The position numbers and the translations under genes are program-made. The notes below the pieces were generated by a model. The model saw only the letters and a list, made by a program, of their open reading frames with translations, was not told where the DNA came from and did no database searches. DNA of 64,000 nt from Desulfurococcales archaeon (GTDB lineage: Archaea > Thermoproteota > Thermoprotei_A > Sulfolobales > NBVN01), in the NCBI GenBank assembly GCA_015521325.1, contig WAOK01000001.1:144412-208411 (forward strand). The letters are read 5' to 3'. Below are positions 28,259-38,557 of this stretch, piece after piece (within the stretch, counting starts at the first letter, position 1; every line of letters begins with the position of its first letter).

Positions 28259-29626
28259 ATGATAAAGGCGAAATTCATTATCCCGGTCAGGCCCTCAAAG
28301 AAGATCATACGTGATGGTGCCATCGTCGTTGAGGACGGACGGATAGTGTTTGTCGGTAAGCGCCACGTGGCTGAGGAGAAATATAGTGCTGAGGAGGTGA
28401 TTGAGGCTAACCACCACGTAGCTATTCCGGGACTGATTAACGCTCACAACCACCTCTTTCAGTCAATAATCAAGAACATAGCCATCGATATGGTGCTGAT
28501 TGACTGGTTGAGGAAAGCCATACACCCGATACTCGCATCGTTCCGTGACTCGGACTTCTATTACTCCACGAAGTGGGGCGTTATAGAGAACATAAAGTCG
28601 GGTGTCACCACGCTCATAGAGAACCACTACGGCCCCAAGGGATACGACTACGTCGCTAAAGGGCTCATGGAGTCGGGCATAAGGACGGTACTCGCTAGGG
28701 GCATATACGAACTCAACGTGCTACTCGACGAGCTTAAGGAGGAGCCGAAGGCAGCGATCTCCCACACCGAGTACCTCATACAGAAGTATCACGGGAAGAA
28801 CGACGGAAAAATGATGGTTGCTGTCGCGCCGATGCATCCATACAACTCAAGCAAGGAACTCCTCCTCATGGCTAAGGATCTCTCTGATAAGTACGGGGTG
28901 CCCTACCATACCCACACGGCCGAGTCCGTAAAGGATCAGGAGTTAGTGAAGGAGCTCCACGGAAAGACGGATGTCGCGCTACTGTACGACCTCGGGATCC
29001 TTGGACCAAGATACCACGCAGTACACTCTGTGCAGGTGTCTGAGGAAGAAGTACTTATGCTGGCTAAGACAGGTGCACACGTAATACACAACCCAGAGAG
29101 CAATCTAATAATAGGTTCAGGCATAGCACCGATACCTGACTTCCTCAAGGCGGGCGTTAACGTGGCCCTAGGCACGGATGGCGCAGGAAGCAACAACAAC
29201 CAGGACATGATAGAGGCCATGAGGTTCGCAGTGCTCATACATAGGGGGGCTAGGAAGCACCCGAACATAGTAACTGCCTGGGACGCCCTAGAGATGGCCA
29301 CCATTAACGGCGCAAAGGCCCTCGGGCTAGAGAATGAGATAGGTTCACTAGAGCCGGGTAAGAAGGCAGACATAACCATCATAGACCTGGAGAGCCCGAG
29401 CATAGCTCTCGCCCACGACCCACTCGGCTCAATAGTCTACTGTGCGAACGCCGCCGATGTCGACACAGTCATAGTTGATGGTAAGGTGATCATGAAGAAT
29501 AGAAAGGTGCTCACAATAGACGAGGAGAAGGCCAAGGAAGAGGCGTGGAAGGTCGCGCTCGACCTCCTCGACAGGGCCAGGCAAAAATTCGATATGAAGT
29601 TCCCGTACGAAGAATTCATCGAGTGA
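28259..29626 (+). CDS. Amidohydrolase, 5'-methylthioadenosine/S-adenosylhomocysteine deaminase (MtaD)-like
   Basis: PGLINAHNHLFQS, HTHTAES, HSV, GTDGAGSNN. ATG at 28259 gives the typical MIKAKFIIP start. The upstream part of the track ORF runs into the tRNA-Tyr flank. Confidence 0.8.
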   Translation: MIKAKFIIPVRPSKKIIRDGAIVVEDGRIVFVGKRHVAEEKYSAEEVIEANHHVAIPGLINAHNHLFQSIIKNIAIDMVLIDWLRKAIHPILASFRDSDFYYSTKWGVIENIKSGVTTLIENHYGPKGYDYVAKGLMESGIRTVLARGIYELNVLLDELKEEPKAAISHTEYLIQKYHGKNDGKMMVAVAPMHPYNSSKELLLMAKDLSDKYGVPYHTHTAESVKDQELVKELHGKTDVALLYDLGILGPRYHAVHSVQVSEEEVLMLAKTGAHVIHNPESNLIIGSGIAPIPDFLKAGVNVALGTDGAGSNNNQDMIEAMRFAVLIHRGARKHPNIVTAWDALEMATINGAKALGLENEIGSLEPGKKADITIIDLESPSIALAHDPLGSIVYCANAADVDTVIVDGKVIMKNRKVLTIDEEKAKEEAWKVALDLLDRARQKFDMKFPYEEFIE

Positions 29627-29632
29627 CCCCAA

Positions 29633-30268
29633 ATGATAGAAAACATAAGGGAGATCGTGGATCGGATAGACTCTTTTTTAAAGGTAAAGGATGAAGCAAG
29701 AGAACAAATAATCAAAATAACCAGGGATGTCATAAGAGAAGCAGGCTACGCCGTAACCGAGGCGAATGCGGGCAACATAACAGCCGCTAAAGAACACTTA
29801 GAGGAAGCGTTGAGTAAGTGGAAAGAAGTCAGCAAGATAATATCTGAGCACGAGGAGCTGAGGCACTCGGGCATAATCTATAACACGGGTATGGAGCTTG
29901 CTGAGGCAGCAATCTTCCTCTCCATAATAGAGGGCGCGCCCATACCCGGGCCGGAGGACATAGGCGTGCATCAGATACCGTACCTCCTGGGCCTCCTGGA
30001 TGTTGTGGGCGAGCTAAGGAGGTACGCTACAGCCAAGGTGAGGGAGAACGACTTTGAGGAGGCATGGAAGGCTTTCCATGTGGCTGAGGCGATCTTTTTA
30101 TCAACGAAGTTCCTGGATTACCCGGACAGGCTCGTGCCGGGACTACGCCGTAAAATCGACGCGGCGAGGTACTCTATTGAGGAGCTTCGGAAGTTCCTCA
30201 CGGACATGGAGAGCAGGGTGAAGTTAATCAACGAATTAAGCGGTTTGAGGAGGCAACTGAGAGGATAG
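29633..30268 (+). CDS. Translin-family (COG2178-like) putative nucleic-acid-binding protein
   Basis: All-helical, 211 aa, with YLLGLLDVVGELRR and LRRKIDAARYSIEEL, as in archaeal translin homologs. Confidence 0.55.
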   Translation: MIENIREIVDRIDSFLKVKDEAREQIIKITRDVIREAGYAVTEANAGNITAAKEHLEEALSKWKEVSKIISEHEELRHSGIIYNTGMELAEAAIFLSIIEGAPIPGPEDIGVHQIPYLLGLLDVVGELRRYATAKVRENDFEEAWKAFHVAEAIFLSTKFLDYPDRLVPGLRRKIDAARYSIEELRKFLTDMESRVKLINELSGLRRQLRG

Positions 30269-30272
30269 TCTG

Positions 30273-30287
30273 TTTTTAGGAGTTTTT
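30273..30287 (+). terminator. Two T5 tracts after the translin-like gene
   Basis: tgTTTTTaggagTTTTTagg immediately follows the stop at 30268. Confidence 0.3.
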
Positions 30288-30292
30288 AGGGA

Positions 30293-30369
30293 TGGCGCCG
30301 GGGAGGGGATTCGAACCCCCGACCACCGGGTTAACAGCCCGGCGCTCTACCCGGCTGAGCTACCCCGGC
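30293..30369 (-). tRNA. tRNA-Asn(GTT)
   Basis: Reverse complement reads GCCGGGG-TA-GCTC-AGCCGGGTA-GAGC-G-CCGGG-CTGTTAA-CCCGG-TGGTC-GGGGG-TTCGAAT-CCCCT-CCCCGGC-G-CCA. Confidence 0.95.
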
Positions 30370-30396
30370 ACCAATCTAGGTAATAGTTGGCTGTTT

Positions 30397-31116
30397 TTAA
30401 GGATTCAACGCTATGAGCTTAGCAGCAAACTCGGCAAATCCTTTGCCTGAGGGTTTCTCGGTGACTATGTCAGCCAGCTCCTTTAATTCTGGGTCAGCAT
30501 TCCCTACAGCAACAAGCGTAGGACATGCTCTCCTCATAGGGATATCAGACACAGCGTCACCCACGCAGTAGATGTTACGGATCTCCAGCCCGAGTACCTG
30601 GATCATTTTCCTTATTCCCCTATCCTTCCCACACCCGACGGGGTGTATATGGATGGCATAGCCGCTGGTAGTTACCTCCACCCAGTCTGCCCCTATCTCT
30701 TTCAATATCTTTCGAGTTGCGCTAAGCGCCTCATCCTCTGACGCCCCTCTCCATTTAAGCGCCATATCGCATATCCTAAACAGGTTCTGCCACGATTCCT
30801 CAAGAATGCCCTCAGCCTCCTGCACTAGAACCTTAGCAATTTCCTTGATTTCTTCGCATCTCTCACACTCTACGATTACGTTGTACCCATCAAAGAGCAC
30901 TGCACCGTTCTCGCCTATAGCCAACCCGCCTAAGCCTAGGTATAGGGATAGCCCCCGAACAACTGGCAGTGAATTGCCTGACACCATTATCACGGCGTAA
31001 CCGCTCTTCACAAGCTCGCGGAGCGCTCTGAGGGCGGCATCATCTAGCACAGAGCTCCGTCTATCTGTTGTTAGTGTTCCATCGATATCTGTGAACACTG
31101 CACCCTTTACCTTCAT
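30397..31116 (-). CDS. HAD-superfamily (IIB) phosphatase, phosphoglycolate phosphatase-like
   Basis: Motif I FTDIDGTLT, motif IV VGDAVSD. 239 aa. Confidence 0.7.
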   Translation of the reverse strand: MKVKGAVFTDIDGTLTTDRRSSVLDDAALRALRELVKSGYAVIMVSGNSLPVVRGLSLYLGLGGLAIGENGAVLFDGYNVIVECERCEEIKEIAKVLVQEAEGILEESWQNLFRICDMALKWRGASEDEALSATRKILKEIGADWVEVTTSGYAIHIHPVGCGKDRGIRKMIQVLGLEIRNIYCVGDAVSDIPMRRACPTLVAVGNADPELKELADIVTEKPSGKGFAEFAAKLIALNP

Positions 31117-31291
31117 ATCGGGCCCTAATGCTACTTGTGCCGCGATTATAATTTCTCGCTAGGTTAGTATGTTGTGAAGAAGTACTTCAGTGTGTGAAGG
31201 GGTGCTTCTGAAGGTGTCGCTTAGATTTGTTTAACATTTTTGATGAAAAGATTTAACTATACCGATAATGATGATATTAATGGTGTAGTAT

Positions 31292-31474
31292 ATGGCGAAG
31301 AAGCCCCCAGTTAAGGTTAAAGACCCAACCACAGGGAAAGAGGTCGAGCTAGTGCCAGAGAAAGTCTGGGTGCTGGCTCCGCGCGGGAGGAAGGGAGTGA
31401 AGATAGGTCTGTTCAGGTCCCCTGAGACCGGGAAGTATTTCCGCGCTAAGGTGCCTGACGACTACCCTGTCTAA
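31292..31474 (+). CDS. cren7: Chromatin protein Cren7
   Basis: [60 protein letters not shown] is near-collinear with Sulfolobus Cren7. Confidence 0.95.
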   Translation: MAKKPPVKVKDPTTGKEVELVPEKVWVLAPRGRKGVKIGLFRSPETGKYFRAKVPDDYPV

Positions 31475-31538
31475 ATTACAATCGTAGGGCATTTTTAGCT
31501 CAATAATCCAACGTTTTTGCTTGCTCCCGAACTAGTTT

Positions 31539-32075
31539 ATGGTGGGTGCTGTGGTAAAGCTCCTTATCATATCGGACACCCATGATAACTTAGCAGCCAT
31601 AGATGACCTCATTAAATGCCTTCGAGCAGGGGGCTATACCTATGACTCCGTTGTGCATCTAGGCGACATAATCTCGCCTTTCACGTTAAGGAAACTCATA
31701 AACGAGCTTGATGCACCCATGATAGCGATCTTCGGAAATAATGACGGCGATAAATCCCTTCTTAAGAGTATCTTGCCGGGCATAGCCGACCCGCCGGTAG
31801 TAATGGAGCTGGGAGGACGTAAGACCCTCTTACTCCATGGCTTCAAGTCTCCAGAAATGACCGAACTCTTTGTGAATTCCTTAGCGAATAGTGGGGCATA
31901 TGACATCATATTATATGGGCATACGCACGTGGCCAGGATTGTGAGAAGGGGCAGTACATTGGCCGTTAACCCCGGCACAGTATCCGGTTATGTCAGTGGT
32001 AAGAGAACATTCGCTATCCTAGACACTGATAAATTAGATACAAAGATTGTTGATATGGATCAGTGCATCATGTGA
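31539..32075 (+). CDS. MJ0936/YfcE-family metallophosphoesterase
   Basis: IISDTHDN, LGDI, GNNDGD, YGHTH motifs. Confidence 0.8.
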   Translation: MVGAVVKLLIISDTHDNLAAIDDLIKCLRAGGYTYDSVVHLGDIISPFTLRKLINELDAPMIAIFGNNDGDKSLLKSILPGIADPPVVMELGGRKTLLLHGFKSPEMTELFVNSLANSGAYDIILYGHTHVARIVRRGSTLAVNPGTVSGYVSGKRTFAILDTDKLDTKIVDMDQCIM

Positions 32076-33765
32076 GAGCTGTAGGGGGTTCGGGAAACGA
32101 TACAGGCAGTGCCGCCTGCTCCGGTGCTATCCTCACAATACCCTCACCCCTCTCAAGCACGTTAACAAGTTCCATAATTTCCTCACTGATCTTCACATAC
32201 CTTCGCACACTCTCCCAGTACACGGGACTAGGAGAACTCATCGCAATGAAGAGCCCAGCATCGGACGAAAGACCTGGCTCCTTATCTATGTCTTCGATTC
32301 TCTGAGTCGCCACAGCCACCGAGACACCGTAACTACGGCTGATTCTCATGAGATCCGACACGAGACCAGGTATCCCGAGGTAGATCCAGGCCTCATCAAG
32401 CAAGAGTAGGCGCCTAATCCCCTCGTCTCCTGCTTTGAGCAAGCCCATCTTCATTGCTGCCTCTAGCACCAGAACTAATGTCCTCACGAGTTTCTCGTTC
32501 TTGACAAAGACATTCGATATGTCAATGACTACATTTGAGTTCGGCTCAGATAGTATCTCAATGAGGCGTTGCTGACCAACATCGAGTGAGGCTACCTGGT
32601 CGAGTACCTCCCTTATCTTGTAGGAGGAGTACTCATCCAGCGTTAAGGTAGCGAGCGAGGCAGCGTGCTCTAAAGGATTGTCAGCGCTTATTGAGCTCCT
32701 CAGCACATTGTAGAGCTTTACCCTCAGCCTCTCATCAACAATCCCGAACGCCTTGCTTATTATCTCGGTGATGACGTGGGGGTTACGGCTTTCCTTGAAT
32801 ATTTTGCTCAGCCCGAGTGAGACGTCCTCGAGTCTTATGATGTCGAATACCTCCCCTCTAGAGCTCAATCGACCCGGGTACTCTCCCTTCGCGTCGATTA
32901 CTATGTACCTGATCCCGTAGACGGTGTTCATTTCTGATGCTAGGTGGGCAAGTAACTCCGTTTTCCCAGAGCCTGTGGGCCCGACTACAACTATATGGGG
33001 TGATGGGGCATTCTCTAGGTTCCAGAACACTTCCTCTCCTGTGGAGAGGTTCTTTCCAAGATATACCCCCGCCTGTCTGCCCCTCCTGTGAGTTCCCCGT
33101 ATCAGAGCGGGCACCATGAATGGGAGGTGATATGCTGAGGCAGTCCTTATGAATCCCTTAACAATTATTCTCTTCAGTAACCAGCCAATGAGGCCGCCTC
33201 CGACGCTGTCAAAGCCCCGAAAAAACACCTTAGCAGCGAACCTCGCCTCCAGCCCACCAACACTCTTGAGCCTTATACCCAGCGCTCTTAGTGAATCGCT
33301 CAAGAGCTTAGCCCGTATTCCCGCCCGCTGTATAGCTTCCTCCTCATTATGTGCGCACGCCTCAACGGCATAGAAAATGATGGCCTCTAAAGGTGGTACC
33401 CCCTCTTTCAACACAGTATCACGCATTTTCTTCAGTCTTGCCAGTTTTGCTCGGAGATCTGATCTCGAGGGATTGCTTTCTAGCTCCAGCTCGAGTGTCT
33501 CTATAGTCCTCTCTAGCCTCATAACGTACTTCTCGAGTTCCATGGGTACGACATACGCCCTAACCTCCACAGGGAATCCGAGGTTGAGAGCATTGTGATA
33601 CGCTTTTAGTAAGGCCTTTAACTCCTTACTGCTTGACTCGCTAAGCAGGGAAGAAAAGCCTGTGGCTACCAACAGCTTTTTCGCGCAGAACCGCCTCTTC
33701 TCACGAATAATTAAGGTATCCCCTCTTACAATGACACCCTCAATCATCGACCATCCCCGTCTCAC
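32068..33765 (-). CDS. FtsK-HerA superfamily ATPase, VirB4/TrbE/CedB-like
   Basis: Walker A VVGPTGSGKTE, IVIDAKGEY, Walker B LLLLDEAW, ATQR. About 270-aa N-terminal domain. GTG at 33765; the ATG at 33747 gives an 8-nt overlap with the upstream gene. Confidence 0.7.
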   Translation of the reverse strand: MRRGWSMIEGVIVRGDTLIIREKRRFCAKKLLVATGFSSLLSESSSKELKALLKAYHNALNLGFPVEVRAYVVPMELEKYVMRLERTIETLELELESNPSRSDLRAKLARLKKMRDTVLKEGVPPLEAIIFYAVEACAHNEEEAIQRAGIRAKLLSDSLRALGIRLKSVGGLEARFAAKVFFRGFDSVGGGLIGWLLKRIIVKGFIRTASAYHLPFMVPALIRGTHRRGRQAGVYLGKNLSTGEEVFWNLENAPSPHIVVVGPTGSGKTELLAHLASEMNTVYGIRYIVIDAKGEYPGRLSSRGEVFDIIRLEDVSLGLSKIFKESRNPHVITEIISKAFGIVDERLRVKLYNVLRSSISADNPLEHAASLATLTLDEYSSYKIREVLDQVASLDVGQQRLIEILSEPNSNVVIDISNVFVKNEKLVRTLVLVLEAAMKMGLLKAGDEGIRRLLLLDEAWIYLGIPGLVSDLMRISRSYGVSVAVATQRIEDIDKEPGLSSDAGLFIAMSSPSPVYWESVRRYVKISEEIMELVNVLERGEGIVRIAPEQAALPVSFPEPPTALT

Positions 33766-35818
33766 CGAACAATCTCTTAGCGGCTAACACCGCAGCCAAC
33801 ATAGCATCCCGAACGAGTTCGTCCCTTGTAATGATGACCGACTGCTGACTCCCAAGCGCGAGATATACTCTGCATCCATCAACTAAGTCAAGAGGTTTCA
33901 GAGCGATCTCGACACTCTTCCCTGCTCCTGAGGACTCTCCACACAGAACAGTGAGTCCAACAGACCCGATAACATGAAGGACACCGTCACCCCTTACTGC
34001 GATACTCTCAACTTTCCCATCGATTTCAACACACCTAAAATTCCTCGGAGTATCTGAATCAGTGCAGCTAATCACCCTGATGATCTCTGCTTCGAAGCCG
34101 TCTTCAGCGAGCACAGCCTCTACCAGAGCAGGAAGTAGACAATACTCCTCATTATTAGGCTCGACCACTCTCCCGTCAGCACATAGAATGCGCACCTTAC
34201 CAGGTGCTTCTATCCCATCCCTACTAACCTTTATCGCCGAAGCACGCACAACACGATCTATTCTCGCCTCCCTCAGCATGATAACAGTGCCTGGGATAGC
34301 GTACTTAGTCCCGATCTCGTCCACTAGCTCAAGGGATATAGGGATAGCCGCACCAGGTCTGGACTTACCAACCAGCAGAAACTTAATTAACCCGTCCTTG
34401 CTATGAACGTCATTAGCCCGGAACCCGGGTGGAACAAGCACGTGCACGCTCCATGCGCCGGGCGATGTCTTAATTACGGTAGCGTGACCCACGATCAATG
34501 CATTCATTTCTGGATCACCAGCTACTCTACCAACAACGCTAGCGTCTGCTTTCTCAACCACGATAGAGTTCAGCCGAGGAGCCGAGCTAGTTATCGTGAT
34601 TCTCCGCGCAAATTCCGTAAGCGGCGACCTAATCATAATCACGGGTGACGCCGTTTCGCCCAGCCTCAGAGGCCTGAGATAAAGGTGTACGAAGCCCTCC
34701 CGCTCGAGGCGGTGACCACTAACATCACCTAAAACCTCTACCTCGGAGCACTTCCCTGGGAGCCTCACCCTCACTGTGGCATATGTCTCGGCGTCAACGA
34801 CATTTTTCAGTACCTCGATTGAGGGCTCAACCATAGTGTGGACTGACGAGACCACGATGTGACTGTCGCTCATGCACAAGAGTAAGCCCTCATTGTTCGG
34901 TACACATACTCTTGACTTGATCGACGTCACTATTCCGGAGCTATTAGCGAGCATTACCTCCTTGCTATCAATGGGGTTAAGGGTCGCTATATCGGCAGCA
35001 GAGAATGGGGTAAAGAAGCGTTTAGTTAACCCCATCCACAGTCTCTCCTTGAGGATCCCGCACCCTACCTCGCTCTCACACAACACTAATGAGTCATTGA
35101 GGCATGCTGCTATTGGTACTCCTTCGATAGGTATCAATGGGTCGATGTCGGTGCCCGTGACCTTAATGACAAAGCTCCCTTCGTCACTTTTGTACATTAA
35201 GTAATTGCTCTTCCCGCATGATGTTAGTGGGTATGTGGGTGTAAGCGGCGTGTATATCGGGTTTTTCCCTGGGCGTAAAATCACCGATTCCTCAGAAGCA
35301 TTGATTACGCAGATACCCCCACGACATGTGACGTCTCTTAACTTATCTAATTCTATAATATGTTCTGATGACTCTCCCGTTATCGGATCCCAAACTACTG
35401 CAGTACATTGTCTCTGATTACATCCCGCTATAGCGGCGACGGTGTCGTCAGCGCTATGATAGACATTCCTAAACCTCATCAAGCCAGTTAATGGAGTGTA
35501 AACAACGACGTAATTTCCTTTGGGGAATATGCCTGCTAACTTCCGACCCCAGTTGATAGCTATGGGGTTTTCCGGGTTTCTCGGGCTTCCTAGTAGCTCT
35601 CTTTTCAAGTTCCGTATCTCGTCAAGAAGAACCGAATCATTAAGAAAAGGAGTGAGTTCTACATCCTCTTCAAGAACAACCCTAAACACGCGTTTCGGAT
35701 AATCACCGCCAACCAATGCGTAGAATTTGTCGTTGATTGGACGAAACGTGATAGGTGTTCTGGAAATGCTCGGGGAGAGCTTGGCACAACCGAGAATTAA
35801 TGGGATCTTACCGTTCAA
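33740..35818 (-). CDS. 692-aa hypothetical protein (no recognisable domain, signal peptide or TM helix)
   Basis: Long ORF between the pilus platform gene and the VirB4-like ATPase. Its TTG start overlaps the upstream stop as TTGA. Beta-rich composition. Confidence 0.6.
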   Translation of the reverse strand: MNGKIPLILGCAKLSPSISRTPITFRPINDKFYALVGGDYPKRVFRVVLEEDVELTPFLNDSVLLDEIRNLKRELLGSPRNPENPIAINWGRKLAGIFPKGNYVVVYTPLTGLMRFRNVYHSADDTVAAIAGCNQRQCTAVVWDPITGESSEHIIELDKLRDVTCRGGICVINASEESVILRPGKNPIYTPLTPTYPLTSCGKSNYLMYKSDEGSFVIKVTGTDIDPLIPIEGVPIAACLNDSLVLCESEVGCGILKERLWMGLTKRFFTPFSAADIATLNPIDSKEVMLANSSGIVTSIKSRVCVPNNEGLLLCMSDSHIVVSSVHTMVEPSIEVLKNVVDAETYATVRVRLPGKCSEVEVLGDVSGHRLEREGFVHLYLRPLRLGETASPVIMIRSPLTEFARRITITSSAPRLNSIVVEKADASVVGRVAGDPEMNALIVGHATVIKTSPGAWSVHVLVPPGFRANDVHSKDGLIKFLLVGKSRPGAAIPISLELVDEIGTKYAIPGTVIMLREARIDRVVRASAIKVSRDGIEAPGKVRILCADGRVVEPNNEEYCLLPALVEAVLAEDGFEAEIIRVISCTDSDTPRNFRCVEIDGKVESIAVRGDGVLHVIGSVGLTVLCGESSGAGKSVEIALKPLDLVDGCRVYLALGSQQSVIITRDELVRDAMLAAVLAAKRLFGETGMVDD

Positions 35819-37308
35819 ATCATCCCACCCCCTATTAGGATCATCAGCGATATCCCAGGAACAAGTCCTGAGCTCAGTTTGTCGAACCCGGCCTTGGATA
35901 CGAAGACTCCGAGTGCTACCGACGATGCGATGAGGTACCTTATGAGTAACTCATCTACAGAGAGCAGTAGCTGCGTTGTTGACAAGAGAAGGAACGTAAT
36001 TCCTATACTCACGGCAGCTAAACCTATCCCTGTTATTATGAGTCTTCGGATATCGGCTATCATGTTCTCAATGACGTCCTTAAGCAAGATTAAGGTCTCG
36101 CGTCTCACGTCCCCTCGAGAGAAGAGATTACTTATTGTGAAGTCGGCGAAACACGTTATCCAGTAATGATACTCATCACATCTTCCTCTAGGGAATTTTG
36201 AAAGCGTACCCCCTACACTCTCCAGGTATGCCCTGAGCCTATTTATGTTACCGACCGTGAGAAGGGGTATTTCGGAGATCGCCTTAATTACGTTGTTTAG
36301 TGAATGTAGTTCCTTTAGGGCACTTGATAATTCCTTAAGCCAGATAATGCCGGATAACAACAGCGCAATCCCGGATGCTGAGAGAACAAGTCTGTTGAGA
36401 ATCAGGACACCTATGAGTAATAGTAAGATCCCTGCAAGGAACAGTACGCTCCGTGATCTGGAATACTTTCCCTTTAATTGTGTCATATGGCGGGGGAGTT
36501 TAGGTACAGACGCGATCCCTACTGGTATAAGTATCAGCATCATCGCAACAGCGTAGGATATGGCGGAGCGCCCGATAAGGTTAGTCAAAAGTGATGCTAT
36601 GGGTGGGACATACCCAATAAGGGCTGAGAGAGCCACGGAGAACACGATCCTGGTTTTCACAGCGTCGCGTGCCTTCTCCTTAAGTGCCCTAGTGTAATAT
36701 CTAAGGGAGTCGGTGATCCATACGCTGCCCAGTCCCATAGAATAGGCTGTTAGGTATTCCGAGAACAGCCTCCTAAGCTTTGTGGAGAGCTTCTCGCTCA
36801 TTATCCGCAGGGACTCAAGTATACCAAAGACTGCGGAGAGGGCTGCGAGTCGATCGCTGAGTTTTAGGAGGGCAGGGAAGAGAGTTGATGCATACCTCCT
36901 CCAACTTCCGCCGAGCTCCACCACATCCCTTCCAAGCTCCATATCTGTTCCTTGCGAGAGACCTAGAGATATTATGAAGTATTCGAGCTCTGCATGCACA
37001 CGCGCTGAGTAGTCGAGCGCCTTGAGGTACCACACAGCGATGTATGCTACAGGTGGCAGAATCATTGAGAGAACAACAACCATTATTTCATAACCAGGTA
37101 TTGCTTCAGCGATGAGTGGTGCTAAGAAAATAATGAGCGTGTACGTGCCTGCAAGCCAGATAAGTATTTCTTTATATGCTTCGCTTCCAATTTTTCTTGT
37201 ATCGCCGCTCCTAACTCTCAATTCCTCTATGAACTCAACGAAAAATTGGAGTGGTTTGAGCAGTATGTGAATAGCTCTTGAGCTAGTGGCCTGTCTCTGC
37301 ATGAGCAA
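35815..37308 (-). CDS. Polytopic membrane protein, FlaJ/TadC-like type IV pilus platform
   Basis: Two repeats of TM segments flanking helical cytoplasmic domains of about 110 aa. It lies directly downstream of the secretion ATPase. Confidence 0.6.
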   Translation of the reverse strand: MLMQRQATSSRAIHILLKPLQFFVEFIEELRVRSGDTRKIGSEAYKEILIWLAGTYTLIIFLAPLIAEAIPGYEIMVVVLSMILPPVAYIAVWYLKALDYSARVHAELEYFIISLGLSQGTDMELGRDVVELGGSWRRYASTLFPALLKLSDRLAALSAVFGILESLRIMSEKLSTKLRRLFSEYLTAYSMGLGSVWITDSLRYYTRALKEKARDAVKTRIVFSVALSALIGYVPPIASLLTNLIGRSAISYAVAMMLILIPVGIASVPKLPRHMTQLKGKYSRSRSVLFLAGILLLLIGVLILNRLVLSASGIALLLSGIIWLKELSSALKELHSLNNVIKAISEIPLLTVGNINRLRAYLESVGGTLSKFPRGRCDEYHYWITCFADFTISNLFSRGDVRRETLILLKDVIENMIADIRRLIITGIGLAAVSIGITFLLLSTTQLLLSVDELLIRYLIASSVALGVFVSKAGFDKLSSGLVPGISLMILIGGGMI

Positions 37309-38557
37309 TCGCCCTCATTTTGTATAACTTCCTGATGATGACTCTATTCGTTGAGTCATCATAAATGGGTTTCTCAACCGACACGACGGTTCTTCGTAAA
37401 CTACCGTCTTTGGCGGAGAAACCCATCACAATTATGGCGTCAAACATTGCGACCTGATATGGGCTGAGCTCTATCGGCGGACTCATGAGCCTCGTTACCA
37501 CCTCCCGTGCGCTCCCGCCATGGAACGTCGTCAGGCTCCCCAGACCCATATTCATTGCCTGCGGCAGCACTCTGGCCTCTCTGCCCCTTGTCTCACCGAT
37601 CACGATATATCTAGTCACTGAAGCCCTAAGCGCAGCCTTTGCTAAGATCATCTGGTCGACGTTCCTACCACTGCCCCAGAGGTTCGCCGGGACAATGTAT
37701 CTCACCCACGCACTTTCCGGCAATGGATCTATCTCGGGTGTATCCTCTATTATTACTATTTTCCATTCCTTCGGGATCAGAGAGTAAAGTATTGCTCTTA
37801 GGAGTGTGGTCTTGCCCGAGCCAGGTGGCCCAGCGATTATTATTGAGCCTCTCTTCTCGATGATCCTCTTAATTGACTTAACAACTTCCGGAGGTATAGT
37901 GCCTCTCTTGATCATCTCATCAAGGGAGATACTACTGATACCCCTCTTCTTCCTAATGACTATCTCGCCCACTCCTCCGGCGACTTCAGGGTGAACTAGG
38001 TGTACTCTGTGTCCGCCGTCCTCTTCTGGGAGGTTACCGTCGGCTATCGGATTTAGTGGAGTGACTAATTTTCCGATCTTCTCGGCGAGCAGCTCCATGT
38101 ACTCAAGAAATTCTGCCTGAGTCTTTATTGTAATATTTGTTGGGATGTAATCGGCTCTCGGATCTCTTTGGAGTATCTCTGAGTGCCTGACCCACACTGT
38201 GCCGGGGCCAATGATGGATATGTCTTCAATGTATGGATCGTCCAGTAGTATCTGTAGTTTCTTATATCGCATTGACCTAGATATGCTCACGAGTTCACTG
38301 AACTTTGGTTTCTTGCCGGTAGTTCTTCGTATGGCCTTAATTAGGTTGAATAGCGTGATCTTCCTCTCGTTGATTGATTCAATAGCCCTAGCAATGTCCT
38401 CTCTGCTAAGTGCCTTGGTTTGTTCAGCGATTAAGTACTTGTAATTGTTCCCTCTTTTCACAATCTGTACGCGAGTGCTTGAGACCGTGTACTCAAGGAT
38501 TTTTTCATAAAAAGAAGTGTTCAACCCCGTACCCTCCCTCTTTCGCCGCTTTTTCAT
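37283..38557 (-). CDS. Type II/IV secretion system ATPase (FlaI/TadA/VirB11 family)
   Basis: Walker A IIAGPPGSGKTTLL, Walker B/Asp box KIVIIEDTPE, His-box-like TFHG. Confidence 0.85.
   Translation of the reverse strand: MKKRRKREGTGLNTSFYEKILEYTVSSTRVQIVKRGNNYKYLIAEQTKALSREDIARAIESINERKITLFNLIKAIRRTTGKKPKFSELVSISRSMRYKKLQILLDDPYIEDISIIGPGTVWVRHSEILQRDPRADYIPTNITIKTQAEFLEYMELLAEKIGKLVTPLNPIADGNLPEEDGGHRVHLVHPEVAGGVGEIVIRKKRGISSISLDEMIKRGTIPPEVVKSIKRIIEKRGSIIIAGPPGSGKTTLLRAILYSLIPKEWKIVIIEDTPEIDPLPESAWVRYIVPANLWGSGRNVDQMILAKAALRASVTRYIVIGETRGREARVLPQAMNMGLGSLTTFHGGSAREVVTRLMSPPIELSPYQVAMFDAIIVMGFSAKDGSLRRTVVSVEKPIYDDSTNRVIIRKLYKMRAIAHAETGH

Noticed and set aside
31155-31290. C/D-box-like strings upstream of cren7 (GTGAAGA...CTGAAGG, and TTGATGA / ATGATGA).
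   Set aside because: No arrangement gives C, D', C' and D boxes with 10-12-nt spacers, and the D boxes (CTGA) are missing at the required positions. This is more likely AT-rich promoter sequence with two short GAAG/CTTC hairpins.
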